Shown here: piece by piece, positions 28,848 to 39,795 of the stretch
Layout of the letters: each line of letters opens with the position of its first letter
How positions within the stretch are numbered: the stretch's first letter is position 1
DNA from: Gnetum montanum
Taxonomy: Eukaryota > Plantae > Gnetophyta
Direction of reading: 5' to 3'
Assembly (NCBI GenBank): GCA_015680685.1
Contig: MNCI01003240.1
Coordinates: 409,468-473,467, forward strand
DNA length: 64,000 nucleotides
Made by a program: the position numbers and the translations under genes
The notes under the pieces: generated by a model
The model's input: the letters and a program-made list of their open reading frames with translations, nothing else
Databases searched by the model: none
Told to the model about the DNA's origin: nothing

Positions 28848-29210
28848 ATGGTTCCAAAGAAGAAACGTACTCACTTGGCACTCGCAAAGGTCAAGGAGGT
28901 GAAGAAAACCATAGGCTGCATGAAACAAGCATGCATCATGGTACGGGAGGACACACCATTGACCCGGTAGGCTACTATGCTTCCTCTACTTTTTCGCGAT
29001 TATGTTATCATTTTCTTTTATTTTTGTGCTTTCATTTTGTATCCTAGTCTTATTCATCTGTGTTTTCTGTCATTGCATTTTTTTGGCCTTTGCATTGCTG
29101 CTGTTACCATTTCAACTACAGATGCATAAACGCTATGCTATCATTGCATGTAAGGTCGCTTCAATCGCCACCACTGCGGTTGTTATAACCACGGGGATTT
29201 GAGTTGAAAT
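28848..29210 (+). pseudogene. First exon, first intron and truncated second exon of the antisense gene of element B
   Basis: A 119-nt coding exon MVPKKKRTHLALAKVKEVKKTIGCMKQACIMVREDTPLT is followed by intron 28967-29121 (GTAGGC...CTACAG). It has the same length and similar residues as A's exon 57019-56901. CATAAATA and AAACCCTAG lie upstream (~28688-28709). Confidence 0.75.
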
Positions 29211-30646
29211 TAGCCTTTGTAAAAAGCTCTAAGGTGTTTATCTCAATTGGCTTAAGAAATTTCATGAAAGCATTATTACCATCTTTGATAGTATTTTACA
29301 TCATAATCAAAATATTATAGCCAAAACTAAGCCTTATTTTAAACTACTCATAAACATTTTTTCAAAAGAATTGAAACTATGCATAAATTTAGAAAAAAGA
29401 ATTAAAATTTTAAAAAAGCATATAGCCATAAGCCTTATAAAAATAGTAAAGCTTTTTATTTTCTTAAAAATATTTAAAAATAAGTTTTACATGTTGATAA
29501 TAAAAGGCTACACATATCAATCACTTCCATCCCCAAAGGGGTAATGTGCTACAATCGTAATTTTTCCTTCTTAACATAGCCATAACCAAAAATTTATCAA
29601 AAATTCAAACAAGATACAATTTTAGTGACTTCACCATGGAAAGAATCCTAAAATCATGAGGTTTGTGTACATAACCATTGAAAAAAAAAATACATAGCTG
29701 TTTTTACATGGAACATAAGCAAATTTAGCAAAACTGTAGTTGTCACCATTTACCTCTTTTTCATGCAAGGTTGGTAACAAATTTGCCAAATGTTTTTTTG
29801 AAATCCAAATGGAGTGATTCCACAACCGTTTGAAAGCTTAAATAAATCCCTAAACACCCACACTTAGTGAAAATCCAAAAGAATTTATGTTTATTTAGAA
29901 CAAATTCATCAACTTAGACAAAAATATGAAAACGACACAAACCTACTTTATACATAGACTTAGTAAAAAATTTGTAAAAAATTCATTTTAAGTATAATTA
30001 GAGTGATTCCACCTCCATTAGAAAGCTGAAGCCAAGTTCCACCTAGCCATAACCAACAAATATCCAGAACCTCTATTGTTTTCTTAGAAAAATTTATGAA
30101 CATACATGAAAATCTAAAAATGGCATAGAAACCTAACAGCATGACCTTAGGAAAATAACCATAACTTAAATCATTTCCAAGCCAAATAAAAGAAGAAAAT
30201 ATCTATTGGAAAGATTAAATGTAGGGCTAAAAATTCATAACATTGAATTTGAAAAATATGTAACCATTTTCTTATGAAAAAATACACAAGTTTGCTTGCT
30301 TTTTCTATGTAAAAAGCTAAAACCCAACTTAACATAGCTAGAACAACCAAAATGATTGATACTCACTAGAAAAAAACCAAAATAATGGAGCAATATTTCA
30401 TTGAAATTTAATTTTGATAAATTTTTTGATCTAGATCTAAGAAAAATTTCCCCACATAAGGTAAGAAAAACAATAAAAATGGCTAGAAAACAAAGCAAAA
30501 ATGCATAGAATCACATATATCAGAGTAGCCATAGATGAGGCTTAGATTGAAATGGGCCTAGGTCTCCATGCAAAATCCTTCACTCATTCATCAACCTAAA
30601 AAAAACTAGGATTATGACTCTTCCTTCCATGTTGTTTTAGTGCCAT
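29210..30646 (-). pseudogene. 5' part of the antisense gene of element C (highly degenerate)
   Basis: ATG GCA CTA AAA (MA[P]K-like) at 30646 is preceded by TATA-like CTATATTTA (~30731-30739). T-rich intron-like and coding-like blocks alternate on the minus strand; exons could not be resolved. Confidence 0.5.
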
Positions 30647-30999
30647 GGTAGGCTCAACACTAGGAGTAGTTTGAAATCAAGAGAAATAGGAGTTCTAGAC
30701 TATGTGTAGGAAGGAATGACACTTTCACACTAAATATAGTTTTATTCTACCAAAAAAATCTTTTCCCAAGCTCTCCTCCAATTTCTTATTTACAAAAATG
30801 TGGATTTTGATTGAAAACTTATGAAATTTAACATTAAAAACCACATCTAAACCTAAACGCACACCTTAAAACCCCAGCTACTAATTTACTACACCATAAC
30901 TCTAAGTGCACTGAAATGCAAAGGGAGGATACTCTCTTCAACATTGAGATTAGTGGAAAATAGCTTCACTTTTCAAATTTTAAATTTTTTTGGATTTTG

Positions 31000-33900
31000 G
31001 GCCCCACCATACACCTTCACTCTTAGGCAAAAATTACATCAATGCTAATTTTCGACCACTTTTGACACTTAAACCAATGTTTAAACATTAACTCCCATGC
31101 TTCCATGTTGAGGATGGCATACCCAACATGGATACATGCCTTCCATTTTACAAAATCATTAAAAAATAGTTGTTTACCATGTTTAGTAACTTGGACCTAC
31201 ATTTCTCAACCCTGGGATCCCAAAATAGGGGTGAAACACTATCAAAATGGGATACCTTGGGTTTCCACATAAGGGTAATATTGCCTAGTATGGAACAAGG
31301 GGGGTAACACACATTCTTACATCCCCACACATAGCTAGCCCACATTTGACCCTGAAGTGGATCCCAGATAATTGAAAACCCCTCCAAGTATCACTAATAG
31401 CCCTAAAATCTTACCAAACCTTGTCAAAACTCATAAAAATTGGTCGAAACATTGAGATTTGATGTTTCCATGCTAGGGGAGGCTTCATCTAGGATAAGAA
31501 TCTCATTCAAAAAATGGATGGATGGGGGAAAGCCAGAAATGACCTAAATTGACTACCTAGTAGCCATTTCTCAAAGCTTGGTGATCCCTAGAACTTACCA
31601 AAACAGTGTAGAACTTTCAAAGAGCTCGAAAACACCTTAAAATGGCATAAAAATACCATCCCCATATCATCCACAATATGGCCATCATTACCAACATTGA
31701 AGAAATGGGAAAAACTACATGAGACATCTAGGAACTCTTGAACCAATGGCTCTTGGTACCAAACATCAACTGTCAACATTGGCAACCCTAGAGACTAACA
31801 TTCATGGCCGATTGGCTATCAATTTTGCCTAGATATAAATTTTTTAATTGAGGGAGACTTCTTCCACACTAAGCATCCAAATCCTAGTTTGGATGAAAGG
31901 GGAAAAGAAAAAACTATTGAATCTTTCAAGAAATTAAACTTCCAAAAGCAACCCAACCCTTTTGAAAGGTACTAGACTTCTAAAAGTTATCTAAAATGAC
32001 CAAAATTACCTCCTCTTGGTTCTCCATGCTAAGGGGATCCTATCAAAAATTATCCTTTTACCCTCAGCATGGATGAAAGGTGGGAAGCCTAAAAACCCTC
32101 TCATAGCCTTTAAAACAACAAGATTTCAACTTTACACATTAATAGCTAAGGCTAGCAACCTTATAGATGCTCATGCATAGCCAAAATTAACCAAAAATAG
32201 CCAAAAAAATCCTTCCCCAAATCTTCCACACTGAGCATGGAATTCCTAATATGAAAAAAATGGAAAGACAAAAAATTACTTAATAACCCTTAAAATGACC
32301 AAATTTTCATATTTGGTGTTAGAAATTGATACTAGCTACCTTATAAGCCTGCATGCATAGCTAGAAATGATGAAAAATGGTAAAAATCAAGGTTCCTTGG
32401 TTCCTCCACACTAAGAATCACTTCTTCCATACTAAGAATCATGGAATAAAATGGGGAACTTTGAATATGCAAAAAAAAGCCTTCGGAGACCTTGAACGAA
32501 CACTGAAAAGCCTTGTGTATGTCCCAGAATCTTATTTGCACATCCTAAGAACCTCAGGCTTGTCAAAATTAATCATGAATAGCTAGAAATCCTTTCCCCC
32601 TAACCTTCCATGCTAAGTATGAAAACCATAGAAAAAGGGGGAAAAGCCCAAACATTGCCTAAAAAGCCTTAAAATTATTAAATTTTGACACTAGGCATCA
32701 AGAATTGACATTAGAAACCTCGGAGACCTACATTCATTACTAGAAATAATAAAAAATGGCAAAAAGCTATTTCTTCACAATCTTCCACACTAAGCATGGA
32801 AGCTTCAGAATTAAAAATAGGGGAAAAGCCAAACAATCACTTCGTAACCATTGAAATAATCAAAATTTTTTACTAGGTAGTAGGAATCAACACTAGCAAC
32901 CTCGAAAACCTACATGCATGGCTGAAAATGATACAAATAATGAAAAAGCTACTTCCCCCTATTCCTCCATGCTAAGAAAACTATCCCTAGTGTGAAAATA
33001 GTGGGATGCTCAAAAATAATCTAGGAAACCTCTAAACTGGCCAAACTTGAGCTTAAACCCTATTCCTCAACCCTGACAACCCTGCAGGTACACATGCATG
33101 ATCTATTGAGGCCGAAACTAGTTTAGATCTGAGATTTATGGTTCTTCCACACTAGGAATCTCTTCCTCCATGATGGGTAGCATGAAAAATGAGGGGGAGA
33201 CTCATTTGAAGCTCATAAACACCTTAAAACAACATCAAATAACTCTGCATGCACTCTAGAATCTTGTATCCACATTCCAAAGCCTTCAAACCTAAAAAAA
33301 TTAATCCTAGATGGTCTAAAAGTGGTTCCTTCAATCTTCCATGCTAAGATCCTTAGCCCAAGTGTGGAAAAAGGGGAATGTTAGGAACTCAAAAACCACT
33401 TGGGAATACTCAAAATTGCCAAATTTTTACATGAAGACATAACCCTTGGCCCTAGCAACTTCAAAAGTTGACATGCATAGTCAATCGTAATCCAAATTGG
33501 CCTAGATCTTGGATTCTTAGGTCATCCATGATAGAGGAGACTCCTTCCATGGTAGGTAGCATGAAAATAAAAGGGGAAAGCTACTTTCCCACTTATGGTA
33601 TCAAGATGACACTCCTTGATGCCAAGGATCTATGTCAGAGAAGCCTATGACATTATAGCCTTAAGATTTTGCTTATTTGATCTCGTTTTAACCTCCAAAA
33701 CATATTTCTCCTAGTCTTCTATGTTGGAGCAACTTCATTAGCATATAAATAGGGGAAATACCTTGGATGTCCTTAAACAACCTTCAAATGTGCACAAAAT
33801 TAGCATGAAACTTGCAAAATCATCATCTACAATCCTAGGTGCCTAGGAACCTTGTGAATGTGTTATTGAACCATCATCAATCCACAAAACAAGTGTCCCC

Positions 33901-34300
33901 CAATCTTTCCATAGTGAGGATACTATGGTTAGCATGGAAAGAGCGTAAGAAGTCATTTCAACGTGTTTTGACATTTAAACCTAACTCAAACTACATCAAA
34001 ATGAAGTTGGAGGATGCACAAGCTCTAGATTTGGGCTCTAGCCATTGATTTTACCTCATTTGATCCTATTTTGATTAAAATTTTGATTCTCCATGATAAA
34101 ACTCCTCTCTTCTATGTTGTCTAGCATGGAAACAAATGGGGAAGGATTTAAAACTTGCTTTTTGATCATTACAAACCTTCAGAGAGCCCCAATTCTACCT
34201 TGGAAAGGTTTTATAACCTTAAATCCACATTGTCTAGTTTCAACACTAAGGGTTCCTTCTTCCATGTTGACTAGCATGGAAATAAAGGAATCCTAGCACG
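31000..34300. repeat. Degenerate ~185-bp tandem array inside the spacer of element C
   Basis: A CTAGCAACC-like anchor recurs at ~31780, 32150, 32335, 32713, 32895, 33077 and 33455 (multiples of ~185). Units carry TTCCA(T/C)(G/A)CT and AG(C/T)(A/G)TGGA motifs. Confidence 0.75.
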
Positions 34301-34940
34301 TAAGCCTTAAAACACTTGAATTTTGGATCCAAATAGCCCAAAAACAACCTTGACTGATGTCCAAACTCACCTAATTGCCTCAAATCATGGCCCTCTAAGG
34401 CCAAAAACAGGTATTATCTGACCATTTTTTACCTATATTAGTTGAATTTTACCATATATATCCTATTTTGGTTGAATTTTTGCCTTATTATGTAGTGTTT
34501 TGTGTTTTTTTTGTACTTGTGTTGCATTGTTAACCTTGTTGATCTTTTGTGGCCTTTATACAACCTTATATGTTCTTTATTTACCTTATTATAGCCTTAT
34601 TTTCCTTTCAATGGTATCAAATAGTGGGGTTTGACCTTCCCTAATCATTGTTTAATAGCATGTGACCATGGCCTACTAAGGTCCTAAACTAGTATCATAG
34701 TCCACCAAGACTGTAAATTGGCATCATGGCCTACTAAGGCCTAAAACTAGTGAAATTGTGGCCATTATTTATCATTTGTACCCTTAATTCTTATACTTCC
34801 CCTTGCTTGACCTTTATTTGACCTCTGTTTTACCTCTATTATACTTTGTCAAATTGTCCTTACCTCATTGATGACTTTGAATGATCTTGATTGCATTAGA
34901 TTTGCATGTATTTACATATTATTTATTCACTTTTACCTAG

Positions 34941-35963
34941 GTGACACTTAATATGATTTTGATTGATATGTAGGATCAAAGTATGAGTACCTAGGAGAAA
35001 ATCAATTTGCCTTTGTATCTATGTGGACCTCACAGTAATTTTCAATGATGTATTGACCCTGATTGCCTATATCTTGAGCTTGAGAGTCTTGTAGACCACA
35101 TAGCCTCAATGGAGAAACTCTAGAATGGCCTAAAAACCTAGTCAAAGCCCTTGACCTAGAGTCAAGTAGCATAATCAAAGACTCTCTGGTTGAGGTTCCC
35201 ATCACAACACACAATGTTGAGGAGAAAACATTTAAATTAAATTCCTCACTAGAACTTCAATATGCTCAAGACATCACCAAGATCCTACAAAGTAACATTA
35301 AGGCCTTTGCTAGGTCTAGACCCATGTTTAGTTTAGCACCACATCATACTAGACCCTAGCATTACACTAGTTAAGCAGAAAGTATGAAAAATTAGACCTG
35401 ATTTGGCCATGACATTTCATGATGTGATCTCAAAGCTCTATCAAAGCTAGTTTCATTAGGGTTTTTAATTACACATAATGGGTGTCCAACATAGTGGTAG
35501 TTCCTAAGAAAAATGGGAGTATTCATATTTACATTAACTTTCGAGATCTAAATAAAGAAACTATTAAGGATGACTTCCCTTTGCCTAGTGTTAATCAACT
35601 TATTAATATTATGGCTAAACATGCCTTGTTCTTAAGATATTATCAAATTAGGATCAACCTAGAGCATCAACTTAGCATGACCTTCATGATCCCTTAGGGT
35701 ACCTTTTGCTATACTATGATGTCATTTTGCCTTAAGAATACAGAAGCAATCTATGAACAAGCCATGACCTATGTATTCAATGATTACATGTTAGGTTTGC
35801 TTAATGACTATGGAGATGACATAGTCATTAAGTTCAAAGTAGCCAATGACCTAGATCTTGTGCTTAAATGATGCCTTAGGTATGATCTTAGTCTCAATCC
35901 CAAGAAATGTGTCATCAACTTCAAGAGTAATAAGATGGTTGGCTTTGTAGTCTCTAAAGTAGG
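34941..35963 (+). pseudogene. pol of element C, segment 1 (RT)
   Basis: Starts after TTTTACCTAG|GTG and contains WVSNIVVVPKKNG..INFRDLNK..DDFPLP, YGDD and LNPKKC. Interrupted by D. Confidence 0.92.
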
Positions 35964-36839
35964 TGATGAGCGACAAGATACCACTACACTCAACCATACA
36001 AATATGAGCATGTATGCATTATCCAGTTGAACTCTATGGATAGACTAGCTGTGGCACCTAGCTAGTTATACGTTGATCATAATTTGTTGTCTTTACACTT
36101 AGACTAGTAATTGCTTTGTCACATATGATTTATTCTAGAGTGAGGTTCATGATGTGGTTTCTAATACTATGCTACTTCTAAGGCCAATAAGAGATAACTT
36201 AATTAAGCTAATGAGCAATAGAAAATAAGAATTAATATAGCCTATGTATGATGAGCATCCATCCCTAATCATCTATACAGATCTTGGACTTTGTGTAGCA
36301 TTTCTAGGATTACCAAGCACACATCACTCAAAGCACTACTTAATATGCTACTAGGTTACCATGTAGTTACACTTAAATATTCGTGATTAAAGTGTATTCA
36401 TTCTACATTAACAATAGAGGTAGTAAATGATGATAAAAGAAATATTAACTAAGAAAATAAAAATAAATAATACATAATAAATAATAAAAAAAATTAAAAG
36501 TTAAGTGAATGTTGTAATGATGGAGTAATCTCGATCTTTATTGCCAATTGTATGCGTGTCCAAGTACATCAAACTTGAACAAAGGTTTCATACAATTACA
36601 AGCATCACACTATGGGCATGCACTTGGGAAAGAACTAAAAACTAAAAAATAGAGTAGAGACTAACAAAAAGGATTGACTCAAAGATTGACCAAAAACTCT
36701 CACTGTACACCTAAGTGCCATGTTTATAGGCTAACACAAGAATCATGATATCGTATATACGATATCATATCTAGGATGCAATATCATGTACTTGATATCG
36801 TGTACCCAATATTTGGGCCTAGCAAACTACAATTCATCA
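35964..36839 (-). repeat. 3' LTR of element D
   Basis: Direct repeat of 44142-45030, preceded on the minus strand by CTTGAGGATGAG...TTATGGAGGTA (Athila-like 3' end/PPT). Confidence 0.92.
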
Positions 36840-37289
36840 TACCTCCATAACTGAATAAAAACTCATCCTCAAGTTAAAAAAATTAGGAATAAGTTCATTT
36901 CATTACAAATAGTGGATATGTATAGAATTATTAAGTGATCATGGACTATTGCATGTTGTAGTGTGGGATTAGACAAAACAAAATTTGGACACCAACACAA
37001 AATACAAAATTTGTGGAGCTCATGTAGTTCTTGGTGGTGGTGGTTCCTCTATGGGCTTCTTTCCTTTGTCTTGTGCTCTAGGCTTTTGAAATGGATACCT
37101 TTGAAGGAGTGCCTAAAGTTTTTCCTCCTTTGTGCAAGGATCATGTGTCGTCCATGCTAATGTTGCAATGTTTGATGGAGTTGACACTTGCCATGGACAT
37201 GGCAATTATAGGAACATTTGATTGGATTTTACATACCATGCTACAAATAGTCATCATTCCTTCTCATAGGCTCTGGCTTTGTCTCTAAA

Positions 37290-39795
37290 TTCCTAATAAT
37301 TCATAAGCCATCAAGCCAAATCTGTTGCTACATCTTTTTGACCTTGGTAGCTAGCCTTAACCACCTCTAATTTAGAGTTTTTCACTTCTAATTTTTGCAA
37401 TGTCTTCTTATGCTCTGCAAACTTTGTCTTATATTTAGTATACCTACTAGTTACTTGCTTCTCAAGCTTAGTTCTCAGGAATCTTACTATTAACATGGCC
37501 AAGTTGGCATATCACAGATTTTCCAACTCCATGTAGTCTATGAAATCCTAGATCTGCAGGTCTTGGCTTTTCAATTCTACTTGGTCAATGAAGGCATAAG
37601 TATCCAATATTACTCACCAATTAGTGTGTTGAGCATTGAAATAATTAATGTGGGACTTAGCCATATGGATCTCCATTTTAATGATTTCATTATACATTCC
37701 CAGCTAGTCACGAAACTGTTCTTTTAACTTCTCATGCTTCTTGGCCTCATTCTATCATGCACTTATTTCTATGGCTATCCTTTGCTGGATTGCATGGACC
37801 TCCTCCATGGGGAGGGTTCTATTGTCCTTGGCCAAGTGATTCATGTCATGGTTAACCCAAACTAATTTTTCTCAAATTTTTTGGAAACTTTCTTTGAGAA
37901 TGTTCTTCTATTTTTCAACTATGGTCAAACAAAGATTTTTGGCAGCAAGTAATTTATTTTCTTCTTATAAGGCCTTGAGAGCTTTAGTATGTGCATATGT
38001 CTCAGCTTGTTCTTTTGAAGCATCCCAATCAGCCTTATCTTTTTTCATTGCCATCCTTTTATTTATTCCATTAATTTATTCAGTTTCTCAATTCTAAAAA
38101 TCTCTAATTATTTTTTTGTGATAAATTGAAAAGGATCCCATTGTTTATCTTGTAGGACGACAAGATTTTCTTGCAATCTTTGCAACTCTCCTTCTGCATG
38201 CTCAATCCTAACTTCAACCATGACCAATTTTCCCATGGTGATAATGAGCTCTAATTTTGCTATAGTGACATCTTGGGGAATATCAAATAAGGACATCATG
38301 AGTTATCCTATTTGCAGTAGGTGATCCAAAGCATCCTCATGTTCTATAGAATACATTGAGGGACTGGCCAAAGCTTAAGCATCATGTGCTCCTATGAAAT
38401 CTGCCAATGGCATAATAGGAACATTAAATGATTCTTAAATGTGATCTGTGACCACCTCTACTATGCCTGCCACATCTTGGTGTTCCATGATCATCACTGT
38501 GGCTCCTTCACCAATTTCCAGCCTAACTTGAAAAGATGTAGCATTCCCAGAGATTAGCTAAGACCACTGGGACTCTCCTCCTAAAATTAGTGAAATCTAT
38601 CCACTTGCAGGGTTAGCCCAAATAGTGGGCTATACAACACCATCAATGACCCTAAATAAGTTTTTGGAATCACAACTTCCGAAACTAACTGTCTCAGAAA
38701 TTTTTCAAAGGTGAGTGATAGACAACCAATAGTATTATTGTGATGGCGACAATTGCTAGACTTGCTGGTTGATGGGTTGTGTGCTAGGCTCTACTTCTTG
38801 TTGTTGGATAGGTCCTACCATTTGAGGCATAGTGGGACCAACCGTTTGTTCTTCCTCTTGTTCTAACTACTCACCAATGACTTTCCTAGGAGTCGATGGT
38901 TTGAGTAGTTCAACATATGAAGCATTTTGGGCTTTTGTAGGAACATCATTTGTGTAGCCTAAAATCCTAACATGTTTGCATGGCTTTCTAATAAGAAAAG
39001 GGAAGGTAAAGCAAGCTTCCCTATTTTCCTTTCCTCAAATCACCTTAATATCTTCATTAAACATATATGGGGTAGATTTGCATTAAATTTTTTCATCAAA
39101 ATTTCACTACCCTGCACCACATAAGTAGATAATCTATTTAAACATTTGGTGGGAAAAAGTTGATAAGTTTTGATCTTAAAGTATATCCTCTCCTCCAAGA
39201 TTAATTCTTCATAAACTTTATTCTCCTTGTCATAGGCCCATTTCAACCATAATTTTCTTATGTTTATGTCTGAGCAAGTTGGAAAATGAGCAACTTTTGA
39301 TCTCTCGCTTGAAAGATTTAGGACTTCTACAATGGCCTTTGCAGAAAAATCAATGGAGACACCACCTACATTGGCCATGGTGGCTTCCTCCTTGCCATGC
39401 TAGAATTTATATGTTTCATCCAAATACCAATCACCACTCTCTAAGAGGATGGGCCATAGTGGAGATGCCTTCAGTTGAGTCTTCATTGGCTCACGGGTGA
39501 ACTTAGTAAAAGACCAAAAATTAAGCTCCACTATCATAGTTGCAAAGGTGGGTTTCTCCTTAATGGCTCGGAGACATTCAAGGGACAATGTAAGATGTTG
39601 CCCTATTTTTGAGGCTCTAACTTTACCACCTTCTACATGACCATATTGCACTATTGCAAAGGTTTCTTGATGAATGCTAAATGAGTGGACCTCCTATTCT
39701 ATATGTCGTACTTGAGGTTCCTGGCGTCTACCTCCTCTTGGGCATTTGGTTGCACCTTGAAAAAGTCCTCCTTGTTGTCCTCTTTTAGGGGCCAT
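37290..39795 (-). pseudogene. Second (env-like/accessory) ORF of element D with a C-terminal coiled coil
   Basis: ATG at 39795 (MAPKRGQQ..) is in frame with ORF 39400-39651. VGGVSIDFSAKAIVEVLNL resembles Athila ORF2 and putative plant transposon protein motifs. Heptad-rich pieces at 38108-38299 and 37311-37502. Confidence 0.65.

Larger units (their letters stand above)
21514..29210 (-). mobile_element. Element B: 5'-truncated Tat-type element (start of antisense gene, pol, 3' region, 3' LTR) inserted into C's antisense gene
   Basis: 3' LTR with TG..CA termini, PPT, and the complete RT-RH-aRH-INT order. No gag or 5' LTR. Junction to C-type sequence at ~29210 (approximate). Confidence 0.85.
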
